A stretch of 64,000 bases of DNA from Akkermansiaceae bacterium (GCA_051251915.1 JBPOGF010000006.1:1-64000), one strand, 5' to 3'. Positions 20,350-29,735 are shown, counted from the stretch's first letter. Notes: generated by a model from the letters alone, not told the origin. A program made the numbers and translations.

Positions 20350-20784
20350 TTATTCCACGATCAGGTTGAGGCCATCACGTTTGATGACGGTCACCATGTC
20401 GCCTACTGCATGTGGTGCTGTGCTGGTAGCATTCCAGTCAGCTCCCTTTAGTTCTACTTTCCCTCGATTTGTGCCACCTGGGATTTCGTTGACGACTCTC
20501 ACTACTTGACCGATGAACTCGGTGCTCATTTCATCTGCCTCGTTTTCGCTGTCACCCACGAACCATGATTTCACATATTGTCGAAGGGTAAATAGGCATA
20601 AAAGTGAGGCAATGCTGAAGATGATCATCTGAGTTTGGAGGCTGTCCGCTAGTCCGAGCCAGCATGCAATGGATGTGATGATACCTCCTACCCCGAAAAA
20701 TAGGATCACTAGTCCTGGTGCGGCAAATTCTAATAATAGAAGACCTGCTCCTATGAGAAACCATATTAATTTTGGATCGTTCAT
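20350..20784 (-). CDS. NfeD-family (YbbJ-type) membrane protein
   Basis: TM segments followed by OB-fold GKVELKGADW; upstream of SPFH. Confidence 0.9.
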   Translation of the reverse strand: MNDPKLIWFLIGAGLLLLEFAAPGLVILFFGVGGIITSIACWLGLADSLQTQMIIFSIASLLCLFTLRQYVKSWFVGDSENEADEMSTEFIGQVVRVVNEIPGGTNRGKVELKGADWNATSTAPHAVGDMVTVIKRDGLNLIVE

Positions 20785-20972
20785 TGGTTATTATTTTGGT
20801 TAAAATTTCTTATAATTTGACTTTGGCAGAATTATTAAATTTGGCTATTACAAAGAAAGTCTAGAAATATAATTCAGATTGCTGTGCTTTTTTATGGTGA
20901 TAAATTCAATTAATTTCATCGGTCAATGAGAAAAAATGCCCTAAGCGCTGGAGAAATCAGATTTTTTACACC

Positions 20973-21288
20973 CAAGTTATTCACAAACAATTGCAAGGGG
21001 TGCTAAACCTCCATTTTACAAGAGGTTTGTGGGTCAACATTTTCTTTCTAATTTATTTTTTTGATCGAATTCTGTTTGTGAATAACTTGTTTGAAACTGT
21101 TATTAATCATCTTTATTTACGTGTAACTGTCTTATGATTAATGTCTGTTGTTGTTGTTATTTTATTGGTTAAGCTACCAATAACTTTTTAAATACAGGTG
21201 AATACTGTGACTATTAGGTTGAGGCGATGAGGTGGATCTATTCTTTGAAAAACAGTAATTTAAGAGACTTATTGCAAAGTTATTCACA
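20973..21288. promoter_or_regulatory. DnaA-box cluster in AT-rich intergenic region (oriC-like or DnaA-binding locus)
   Basis: TTATTCACA at 20977-20985 and 21280-21288, TGTGAATAA at 21077-21085 (all match TTWTNCACA), plus weaker boxes. Confidence 0.6.
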
Positions 21289-21387
21289 GAGTTATTTTTG
21301 TATTACAATGTAATTACAGAATGAAGTGGCTGTCTATTAGCTAAACAAAAACTTGTCAGTAAAATAAATACTTCGCAAGCTTCAGTT

Positions 21388-21789
21388 ATGCAGAAAGAGC
21401 AGTTCGAAGAAGCAATAAAACGAATCAAAGCGCGAGACGCTCGTTTCGAGCGGGAGGCATTTTTCTTCCTTAAAGAAGCTTTGGATTACACCGTCCAGGA
21501 TGTTTCTGTGAAGTCGCCTGAAAACTCAAAACATGTTTCAGCGGCACAGTTACTATATGGGTTTCGTGATCTTGCTTTGAAGGAATTTGGCCCCATGGCA
21601 TCAACGTTATTTAGCGAGTGGGGTATTCACCGTTGTGCAGATATTGGTGATATGGTTTTTATGTTGATCCAGGAAGGGGTTTTCGGAAAACAAGATAATG
21701 ACCGTCAAGAGGACTTCGTGGAGATATTCACATTTGAGAGTGCTTTTGTTGCGCCATTCCTTCCTCAAAGTGTCGGAAAAGTCACCTAG
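21388..21789 (+). CDS. Minf_1886-like conserved PVC-superphylum protein
   Basis: D.RF...AF.FL.EAL, HVSA.QL, FGPMA, WGI..C.DIG.MVF pattern. Confidence 0.75.
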   Translation: MQKEQFEEAIKRIKARDARFEREAFFFLKEALDYTVQDVSVKSPENSKHVSAAQLLYGFRDLALKEFGPMASTLFSEWGIHRCADIGDMVFMLIQEGVFGKQDNDRQEDFVEIFTFESAFVAPFLPQSVGKVT

Positions 21790-21833
21790 AGGACCTCTAC
21801 AATAGTTCGTATTTTGGCTAGGAGTCTAGCAAG

Positions 21834-23774
21834 ATGCGTATCGAAATAGTAACAGACACCTTTCCTCCTGATGTAAATGGCGTAGCCATGACTTTAGGGA
21901 AGCTCACCGAGAACCTGAAGTTGAATGGCCACTATGTCCATATCATTCATACTGGAGAAGTGGTGAAGCTAGGAGAGACGGGAATAAAATCGCTGTCTCT
22001 GCCTGGATATAAGGCAGTACGTGTAGGGCTGCCGAGCCCTCTTCAGCTACGCAAGCGTTGGAAGCATAAGCGTCCAGATGTGATCTATGTTGCAACTGAG
22101 AGCCCGTTAGGAATTTCTGCTATAAAGGCAGCACGAGAGCTTAAAATCCCAGTAGCAGCAGGATTCCATACCAATTTTCATCAGTATTTGAAGGACTATA
22201 AGCTGAGTAAAATAGAACGACCTGCTCTAGCACTACTGCGTAAGATTCATAATAGATGTGATTGTACCATCGTTCCCTCTGAGGATGTTCTTAATACACT
22301 AGATTCTGCAGGATTTAAAGATTTACGCTTGTTAGGGCGCGGAATAGACCACGAGCAATTTAACATCTCTAGACGCTCAGAACTGTTGAGGTCTAGCTGG
22401 GGAGCAGGTCCAGATTCTCCAGTTGCTATTATTGTAGGAAGAGTGGCTGCTGAGAAGAATTTGGAATTTGCTCTTAAGAGCTTAGATAAAATGAAGCTCA
22501 CTACACCCGATCTTAAAGTGGTGGTTGTGGGTGATGGTCCTTTAGAGGATAAGCTAAAAGCAAAGTTTCCGGAGACATATTTTGCTGGTGTGCGTAAGGG
22601 GGAGTCGCTAGCTGGATATTATGCTTCAGCTGATGTTCTTGTTTTTGCGAGTGAGTCAGAGACTTTTGGTAATGTTCTGTTAGAGGGGATGGCGAGTGGG
22701 AATGTGACGGTGAGTTACCGTTATGCGGCATCAGCTCAATATATCAAACATGGAATCAATGGATACAACTGTGAGCTAGGAAATGAAGCTGAGTTTGAGC
22801 AGATACTTAGCACCGCATTAGAGAATTTCAGAAATCAAGAGATCAAAGATGCAGGTCTTGAGACTATTAAGCCGCTGACTTGGGGGGCGATTACTCAAAC
22901 GTTTACTGATCATCTTAATGAGATTATTATTAAGAAGCCGATCACACAGCGAAGAGTAAAAAACAAAAAAGAGCTTAACTTTCGTTCGTTATTCCTTTCA
23001 GACATTCACTTAGGGACAGAGGACTCTAAATCGAGGCAGGTGTTAGACGTGATCAAAAACGTCAAATGCGAACGTCTTTATCTCAATGGTGATATTATCG
23101 ATGGCTGGGCCATTAAGCGTAAGGCCAAGTGGAAGAAATCTCACACTAAAGTAGTGCGAGCGGTGTTGAAGAAGTCTGAGCAAAGTGACTGTGAAGTCAT
23201 TTATACCAGAGGAAACCACGATGACTTTCTGACGCAATTTTTACCTGCTGATATTGGTGGACTACAGATGCTGAAGGAAGCGGATCACATCTGCCCAAAT
23301 GGTGACAAATACCTCGTTATTCACGGTGATGGATTTGACAGTGTTTGCACAAACCACCGTTGGTTAGCAAGTGTGGGCGCTGTTGGTTACGACTTTTTAC
23401 TTAAGGTGAATCGATACTATAATAAATACCGATCATGGCGTGGGAAAGAGTATTTCTCGATCTCTAAAGCGATTAAATCAAAGGTAAAGTCTGCTGTTTC
23501 TTTTGTAGATAGCTACGAGGAGAAGCTGCATGATCTAGCTAGCAAGCGTGGCTATAAAGGCATAATCTGCGGACACATCCACACACCTGCTGACAAAATG
23601 GTAAAAGGCACTCATTATCTTAACAGTGGTGACTGGGTTGAGACCATGAGCTGCATCGTGGAGCACCACGATGGACGTATGGAGCTGCTTTACTACAAGG
23701 ATTTGTTAGAGATGTTTGCTGGTGAGACATCGGTTGATAGCACGGCCATTGAGGATGCGGAGCATGTAGCCTAA
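21834..23774 (+). CDS. GT4 glycosyltransferase fused to LpxH/PlcP-like metallophosphoesterase
   Basis: N-terminal DTFPPDVNGVA, GRVAAEKN, ETFGNVLLEGMASG; C-terminal SDIHLG, GDIIDGW, GNHD, HGD, CGHIH, NSGDWVE. Confidence 0.88.
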   Translation: MRIEIVTDTFPPDVNGVAMTLGKLTENLKLNGHYVHIIHTGEVVKLGETGIKSLSLPGYKAVRVGLPSPLQLRKRWKHKRPDVIYVATESPLGISAIKAARELKIPVAAGFHTNFHQYLKDYKLSKIERPALALLRKIHNRCDCTIVPSEDVLNTLDSAGFKDLRLLGRGIDHEQFNISRRSELLRSSWGAGPDSPVAIIVGRVAAEKNLEFALKSLDKMKLTTPDLKVVVVGDGPLEDKLKAKFPETYFAGVRKGESLAGYYASADVLVFASESETFGNVLLEGMASGNVTVSYRYAASAQYIKHGINGYNCELGNEAEFEQILSTALENFRNQEIKDAGLETIKPLTWGAITQTFTDHLNEIIIKKPITQRRVKNKKELNFRSLFLSDIHLGTEDSKSRQVLDVIKNVKCERLYLNGDIIDGWAIKRKAKWKKSHTKVVRAVLKKSEQSDCEVIYTRGNHDDFLTQFLPADIGGLQMLKEADHICPNGDKYLVIHGDGFDSVCTNHRWLASVGAVGYDFLLKVNRYYNKYRSWRGKEYFSISKAIKSKVKSAVSFVDSYEEKLHDLASKRGYKGIICGHIHTPADKMVKGTHYLNSGDWVETMSCIVEHHDGRMELLYYKDLLEMFAGETSVDSTAIEDAEHVA

Positions 23775-23796
23775 AATGGAGGAGGGTGATGTTCTG

Positions 23797-23958
23797 CTAG
23801 CGGTTAACGTATCTCGTGAAACTGTATTCTTTTGGTGCAGTGGTGATATTTTGCCATAGTGTGATGTTGCGTACTACGTGTTTTGGATTATTGTCTTCAG
23901 TGGCGTTTCTGCTGCGCTTTCTCGTTAATCCGTTTTTAATCTTTTTGATAAATGTCAT
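23797..23958 (-). CDS. possible 53-aa small basic protein
   Basis: ATG...TAG open frame (MTFIKKIKNGLTRKRSRN...) filling the gap; below the ORF-track cutoff. Confidence 0.25.
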   Translation of the reverse strand: MTFIKKIKNGLTRKRSRNATEDNNPKHVVRNITLWQNITTAPKEYSFTRYVNR

Positions 23959-24061
23959 TGTCTTTTAATTTGTATTCGCACGTATGACGCAAGCGTGCGG
24001 AACTTATTCAAAAAAAAAATTAAAATATAATTCGGCGTTATTTAAAATGAGGCTCTACCAT

Positions 24062-26680
24062 TTATTCTAACAGCTTTCGCATTGTGTCCTCATTTAGATC
24101 AATACTCTGTGTGCTCCCATCTAGAATATTATCAGCTAGAGTATTTTTACGCCGCTGCATTTGCTGGATGCGTTCTTCTACGGTGCCTTGGCAGATGAGC
24201 TTGTGCACCATCACTGGTTTATCTTGTCCAATCCGGTATGCCCTATCCGTAGCTTGATTTTCAGCCGCTGGGTTCCACCAAGGATCATAGTGGATCACTG
24301 TGTCCGCGCCGGTGAGTGTGAGTCCTGTGCCTCCGGCTTTGAGCGAGATGAGGAACACTTCTCCCTCGCCGCCTTGGAATCGCTCTACTAGTGATTGTCG
24401 GTCTTTTGTGGCTCCTGTTAGAATGAGGTAGCTTACATCCTCAGCGATGAGGTGCGCCTCTATTAGGCTGAGCATGGAGGTGAACTGGGAGAAAATTAGC
24501 ACGCGGTGGTTTTCGCTACGTAGGGTTTCTAACAGGTCTACTAAATAATCAAACTTAGCAGATTCTGTCGCACTTTTATTTTGTTCTAACAGAGTTGGGT
24601 GACAGCAGATTTGGCGGAGTTTAAGCAGGGCGTCTAGAAAAACAATCTGAGCTTGACCGCCACGAGCGATGATGGCTTGGCGAACTTGCTTGTCCATGGT
24701 GGATCGCACTGTCTCGTAAAGGTCTTTTTGATCTGTGTGGAGTTCAATGCTGTGAAGGATTTCTGTTTTAGGAGGCAGCTCTTTTGCAACATCATGTTTG
24801 GTTCTGCGGAGGATCAGAGGCCCTACTTTAGCATTCAGGAGATTACGTTTTTCTTCATTGTGATCTTTTTCGATAGGATTTCGATAGTTCTCATTGAAGC
24901 TCTCTGAGCTTCCTAGCAATCCAGGCATGAGGAACGAAAACTGACTCCATAGCTCTCCGAGGTGATTTTCGATAGGTGTGCCTGAAAGACATAGTCTGTG
25001 GTTAGCACTTAGCTCTCTAACCGCTTGTGAGATTTGAGCAGAAGGGTTCTTGATGTGCTGTGCTTCATCCAGGATGATTTGGTGGAAATGTTGTTGTTTG
25101 AAATGCTCTAGATCACGTGGGATAAGAGCAAATGAACTTAGCACGATGTCTGCATCTGCGATCTTTTTGAATAAACGGTGACGCTTAGATCCTTGTAAAA
25201 TGATGACTGTGAGTCCCGGTGCGAACTTCGCAGCTTCACGTTGCCAGTTCACCACCACGCTAGTGGGTGCCACTACCAGTGTGGGGAGGCCACGGTCGTT
25301 GCCAGATTCTTTTTCCGCTAGAATATGGGTCAATGTTTGCAGTGTTTTGCCTAAGCCCATGTCATCTGCGAGGATGCCATTGAAGCCTGATTTGGCGAGA
25401 AATTGCATCCAGTAATAGCCATCTAGTTGGTATTCTCTCAAAGTGGCTTTTAGTCCAGCAGGGATGGGGACTTTGTCGATTTTAGTAAATGACATGACCC
25501 TCTCGGCAATTGCTTCGATGTCATCAGGAACATCAATTTCGATCTCGGTATCTCCTGCTAGGAGTGCCGCTTCAAGCTTTTGGAGTTTGATTGGACCGTC
25601 GGTGAATTTGAACTCTAGTATCTGTCCTAGTGTGGTGAGGATATGGCGAAATCTCCCTACAGGTAGTGCAAGACCTCGTCCATCTGGTAAGAAGACCAAA
25701 AATTCTTGCCCTAGAGGTAAGTTTTCTGTGAGGGTGAGGAAATCATTATCTAATAGAGTTGCTAGGATAGGTTGTAGCTCGAACTTTTCGCCGTCGATTT
25801 CAAAACCTGCTGAGAGGTTAAACCATCCTTTACCTTCTTCCACCATTTCAGCCTTCCAGGTATCAGTGCGGAAGATTAGTGGTTTTAAGCCTACGTGGGG
25901 CGAGAGTTGCACTGTCCAGCCTCGTCTTTCTAGAGCGGGGATGGCTTCGTGTTGGAAACGTTGCCAGTAAAAATCAGGATGTGACCACTGTTGCTTATCT
26001 GGCGCGTAAAGTGATCCCTTGTGAGGAGGTGCCGCAGTTTTCTTTAGAGAGGGAGGAGGTTGCTCAGCACCTGGAATAAGGTCGAGAGCATAGAGTAGCT
26101 GAAGTGCTTCCATCTCAGCAGTCCTATCACGTGGTGCCCGAACATTACCAGCAGGGTCTAGTGGATAGATCTGGTCCTTATACTTAGCATACGCATGGGC
26201 ATAAATGTCTGGTAAGAAGGCTAAACGATCACCCTCTGGCCTGCGTTCAATCCGTAGTAAAAAACTTACCTCTGTGTTCGTTTTTTTGGCAATCTCGTCA
26301 GGAGTGGTTAGAGTCTGTTGAGGGATGTCTCCTACCACATCGCCGAACGCTTTGTTTAAACGTTCACCGCGAGAAAGATGGATCAATGTGGCTGCGCTGT
26401 GGTGACAATTTATCTGCTGATCACAAGAACAAGATGCATCTAGCATCACAGTTCCGTCCTCTTTCCAGAGAGCGATGATCGCCTCATGTTGATGACCGCT
26501 CTTATCCATCACATATCCCACCAGCTCTACATCACCAGTTTCAAGAATGGAGGCGGTTGATTGCGCAACTAATCTGCCATGAGCTATTTTCTTCCCCTCA
26601 GCGAGCACTCCAGAAGCAAAGGCCTTCTTCCAGACCTCAGCCTGGAGAAATTCTTCCACATCTTGTTTCGTCATACTCAC
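24062..26680 (-). CDS. SNF2-family helicase with N-terminal SWIM zinc finger
   Basis: CSC...CHH SWIM; LADDMGLGKT, DEAQ, SGTPIEN, QATDRAYRIGQ. Confidence 0.93.
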   Translation of the reverse strand: MSMTKQDVEEFLQAEVWKKAFASGVLAEGKKIAHGRLVAQSTASILETGDVELVGYVMDKSGHQHEAIIALWKEDGTVMLDASCSCDQQINCHHSAATLIHLSRGERLNKAFGDVVGDIPQQTLTTPDEIAKKTNTEVSFLLRIERRPEGDRLAFLPDIYAHAYAKYKDQIYPLDPAGNVRAPRDRTAEMEALQLLYALDLIPGAEQPPPSLKKTAAPPHKGSLYAPDKQQWSHPDFYWQRFQHEAIPALERRGWTVQLSPHVGLKPLIFRTDTWKAEMVEEGKGWFNLSAGFEIDGEKFELQPILATLLDNDFLTLTENLPLGQEFLVFLPDGRGLALPVGRFRHILTTLGQILEFKFTDGPIKLQKLEAALLAGDTEIEIDVPDDIEAIAERVMSFTKIDKVPIPAGLKATLREYQLDGYYWMQFLAKSGFNGILADDMGLGKTLQTLTHILAEKESGNDRGLPTLVVAPTSVVVNWQREAAKFAPGLTVIILQGSKRHRLFKKIADADIVLSSFALIPRDLEHFKQQHFHQIILDEAQHIKNPSAQISQAVRELSANHRLCLSGTPIENHLGELWSQFSFLMPGLLGSSESFNENYRNPIEKDHNEEKRNLLNAKVGPLILRRTKHDVAKELPPKTEILHSIELHTDQKDLYETVRSTMDKQVRQAIIARGGQAQIVFLDALLKLRQICCHPTLLEQNKSATESAKFDYLVDLLETLRSENHRVLIFSQFTSMLSLIEAHLIAEDVSYLILTGATKDRQSLVERFQGGEGEVFLISLKAGGTGLTLTGADTVIHYDPWWNPAAENQATDRAYRIGQDKPVMVHKLICQGTVEERIQQMQRRKNTLADNILDGSTQSIDLNEDTMRKLLE

Positions 26681-26730
26681 ATAAGATGTCTAACAGGCAT
26701 GAGAGCGGGAGCAAAGCGGAATTTGTAGCA

Positions 26731-28149
26731 CTAGCATGTTGATTTTTTAGAGCGCCTTACAATGAAGCCGAATGAAGCCAGTGAGAGTAGCATTGTTGAG
26801 CTAGGTTCTGGGATCGATGATAATTCACTACGCCAAGCAAGCGAGTAGTCTGAAGCATCTCCATCATCTGAGCTAACTTTAAGGTTGTAGGTACCAGCAG
26901 TGAGTGCGGTGTCTCCCATGGCTTGATTGAGGTAGATGTGTTCAACATTATCCACAGCACTATCGCTAAGCTGAATAAGAGCACCCATGCTATCAGTAAG
27001 CTCCAGTTTTAGGTTACTGACAGTCGCTGTGAGAAATGTTGTGTTTTCCACTTCTCTATTCCAGGTGAGAACAGCAGAAAACTCTGTTAGTAGATCTGCA
27101 GGGCTAATAGTGAAGGTGTAGGTGTTAGTTGTGCTGGCAACCAGTTCAGCATAGTCCCAGCCTATATGGTTAGCAGAACCAATGGCCTGTTCTCCTGCCG
27201 CTTGGATATTGAAGCTATTGAGAACGTTTACTTCTCCAGCTCCGTAGTGAGCATCGAGCGGCTGAGAATCAGAGCGCGACCATACCCCCTCAAAGGCCTC
27301 TCCTTCTTTAGTGGCTCCAGCCATAAGAACCGCTTTTTGAGTGGTAATATTTTCATAGTTAGCAGTGCTGTGCGTGCTACTGAGAAGTACTGCTGCAGAA
27401 GCTGAAACCATAGGAGTAGAGTAGCTAGTATATAAAGTATCTGGAGCTACTAGATCCGGCTTAACTCTGCCTGCTCCTTCTGTCGTAGTGGCTCCCGTAC
27501 TATGGTTCCCATTAGTAAGACCTACTGTAATACCATTGTAGTTATGAGCGAGTAGGGCAGGGACTGGTGTGGCTGAGCCGTTATTTAGCCCAACCACAGC
27601 TAGTGTATTGTCTCGCACTAGTGAGTAGTCGAAGCGCTTGAGAGCTTCAGAGGTGGCAGCGGGAAAGGGGGTGAAATCTGGGGAGCCTGTTGTGAATCCA
27701 CTGGAGACGTATGAGTGATTCATGATCTTCTCGGTGAAAATGTTAGGTTGTATTGGTATTGATGTAGGTTCGAATGTCTCGCCCGTTCTCAGTCCACCAT
27801 CGGTCAGGTAGCTGCCAGCACTGTAAAAGTTAGCAGTTGTAATTCCTGATGCGATTGAGCCTGTATTGCCAAAAAAACGAGTGCTCACGGTATTTGCATG
27901 ACCAGAGATTCCTCCAGAAGAGCCCGTGACATCGGTGATTGTTTTCCCTGTGAATTGAGCAGAACCTGTATCAGGCGTGTAATTAGTACCTGATTCGCTT
28001 GCTTCAACTACTCCCACTACTATACCTGCCCCGTCTGGGGTAGAGGCACCTTCCTGCGCAGCAAGTGCTGTATAGCCAATGTCATCAAACCAGGCTTGTG
28101 AAGATGCGATGGCGACAGTTGAAAGGTAATATGTAATGATTCTAAACAT
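26731..28149 (-). CDS. S8 subtilase-like peptidase with PEP-CTERM anchor
   Basis: GAGIVVGVVE, GHANTV, KPDLVAP, TSYSTP, YGAG; C-terminal IPEP-TM-RR. Confidence 0.8.
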   Translation of the reverse strand: MFRIITYYLSTVAIASSQAWFDDIGYTALAAQEGASTPDGAGIVVGVVEASESGTNYTPDTGSAQFTGKTITDVTGSSGGISGHANTVSTRFFGNTGSIASGITTANFYSAGSYLTDGGLRTGETFEPTSIPIQPNIFTEKIMNHSYVSSGFTTGSPDFTPFPAATSEALKRFDYSLVRDNTLAVVGLNNGSATPVPALLAHNYNGITVGLTNGNHSTGATTTEGAGRVKPDLVAPDTLYTSYSTPMVSASAAVLLSSTHSTANYENITTQKAVLMAGATKEGEAFEGVWSRSDSQPLDAHYGAGEVNVLNSFNIQAAGEQAIGSANHIGWDYAELVASTTNTYTFTISPADLLTEFSAVLTWNREVENTTFLTATVSNLKLELTDSMGALIQLSDSAVDNVEHIYLNQAMGDTALTAGTYNLKVSSDDGDASDYSLAWRSELSSIPEPSSTMLLSLASFGFIVRRSKKSTC

Positions 28150-28475
28150 TACACCCCTCTTAACAAGGTGGTGATTTTTGTCAATGTGTTTCGTGTTTTA
28201 CAGACCGTATCACAATGACTTAAGAAGGGGTTTTCCTGATCTTGAAAGCGTTCGTAATAGAACTAGGTGTCTCTATTTATGGAGCGTATATGCACTGGAT
28301 TGAAAGTGTATTTTATAAAAGTAAGTGAGATGATGGCGTGGTGATAACAAACATTGTGAAAGAAGCGTTATAAAAATATCTGTTAGGCAATGGTTGAGTT
28401 GATTGCTATATCTTTATTTTTCCGTGCTTTTCGTGGATAGGGAAAATGTGCGCTAGAAAAAGATATAGTTTTGTC

Positions 28476-28504
28476 TTGCTATTCGTTTCGTTTTGTGATA
28501 GCTT
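28476..28504 (+). promoter_or_regulatory. sigma70-type promoter upstream of the ncRNA/tRNA module
   Basis: TTGCTA, 17-nt spacer, TAGCTT, with extended -10 TG. Confidence 0.5.
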
Positions 28505-28525
28505 CCGCCAACTTCAACAGAAACC

Positions 28526-28744
28526 ATGTTACCAATAAGCTACACATTCATATCAACCCAGAGCTCGCTGAGCTGTGCAGATTCCTTTATAGGGAATTTG
28601 ACAGGCGGTGTGATGTGGCGAGGGATGTGTTCGCAAACAGGGAAACCGGAGCGAAGTGTCGTGTCAGCATCCATGTATCCAGTGAGTATTCTCAGATCAG
28701 AGAAGAACCATAAACATAACCAGGGAGGGACGCACTCAGTATAG
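28526..28744 (+). CDS. putative leader peptide (72 aa)
   Basis: ORF starts just after the predicted TSS and ends ~30 nt before a terminator hairpin; no homology recognised. Confidence 0.35.
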   Translation: MLPISYTFISTQSSLSCADSFIGNLTGGVMWRGMCSQTGKPERSVVSASMYPVSILRSEKNHKHNQGGTHSV

Positions 28745-28777
28745 ATAAATAAACCTTATAATACAAGGAACTATGCT

Positions 28778-28809
28778 GACTCGCTCTCCAAAACGGAAGC
28801 GGGTTTTTT
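28778..28809 (+). terminator. intrinsic terminator / attenuator upstream of the ncRNA-tRNA array
   Basis: GACTCGCT-ctcc-aaaac-gga-AGCGGGTT followed by a T run. Confidence 0.65.
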
Positions 28810-28931
28810 GTTGTCCTGAAACAAGGAACTAAGCATTTTTAAAACTTATTAAATCGCAAATTTCAACCAAATAAAGGCAGGTAAGCTCTGCTGAAAAGAA
28901 CAAATATTTTAAACACAAACAAACATAGCAA

Positions 28932-29653
28932 GATACTGAGATAGCCCTCACCAGCGGCAACTGGTGAAGGCCTCGGATTAGACCACTGACAAATTACTGT
29001 CGAAATTGCAGTCAATCATCGATGAATGATATTATGCTTTTAGACACAAAAAGTCAAGTAATAGGGAGACCTATGTCTAATTACTTAGTTAATAATAGTT
29101 AGTTGACTAGTTATATTTTGTGTCTGAAAGGTATCCATTGGGAGGTGAGCCTGAATCACCAAAACGTCCGCCAGAGAAATCCTGCGGCTGTGGCTCGTAA
29201 ATCGGGCGACAAGGGTGTTCGTTTCTAAAAAAATACAAACGTAAATGAATGAACGAGCTTATCTGATGATGCTCAATTCGGGACTTGATGTGTGACCTCT
29301 CGATGAGGCCAACCTGATATAAATAATAAAAAACAAACTACGAGTGCGAAGGCGAACCTAGTTCTCCAAATCGCTGCTGTTAAATCAGCACAGGATAGTA
29401 AAGGTGATGGCGATTCCATGTGGTCAAATATAATCATACCGAAGCGCAGTTCAGCGGTAAGCTGTTCATTCAGTTACGAGAAATAAAACATGCAGGGCTC
29501 CGGTGTGCAGGAAGAATTCCAAAGACTTTCGTGCTAGGAGCTTTAGAGGGCTTGCATTAGCAGATGCTTCTCCGCGGCAGCTAGACTGTGTGTTTTTATT
29601 CAGAACTTAGAAGTTAACTCAAGGGGGGAATTGAGTTTTAAGTCCTGAATAAA
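28932..29653 (+). ncRNA. candidate large structured non-coding RNA (GOLLD/ROOL-like context; family unassigned)
   Basis: No ORF >=60 aa; nested helices including 29037-29051/29116-29130, 29240-29261/29458-29478 and 29595-29610/29638-29653; abuts the tRNA array; ends approximate. Confidence 0.6.
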
Positions 29654-29663
29654 CAAATTTTAT

Positions 29664-29735
29664 AGCGAGGTGAATGCTGGTATTCAAGATGGTCTCATAC
29701 GCCGTTATTCGTGGGTTCGATTCCCATCCTCGCAA
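29664..29735 (+). tRNA. trnM: atypical tRNA-Met(CAT), initiator-like 1:72 mismatch
   Basis: GCGAGG/CCTCGC acceptor, CTCATAC loop, GTGGG-TTCGATT-CCCAT T arm; odd D arm, no encoded CCA. Confidence 0.65.

Noticed and set aside
28471..28713. 80-aa TTG-start ORF
   Set aside because: Starts upstream of the predicted -35 element, so it would not be on the transcript; it overlaps the ATG leader ORF
29330..29400. tmRNA-like tag region (GCGAAGGCGAAC...GCTGCTGTTAA plus hairpin)
   Set aside because: No in-frame stop after the Ala-Ala codons, and no tRNA-like GGGG 5' end or T-arm/CCA 3' end flanking it
28932..29653. RNase P RNA or group I/II intron identity for the structured region
   Set aside because: No GAGGAAAGUCC P4 motif, no recognisable group I P7 pair or group II domain V, and no interrupted host gene
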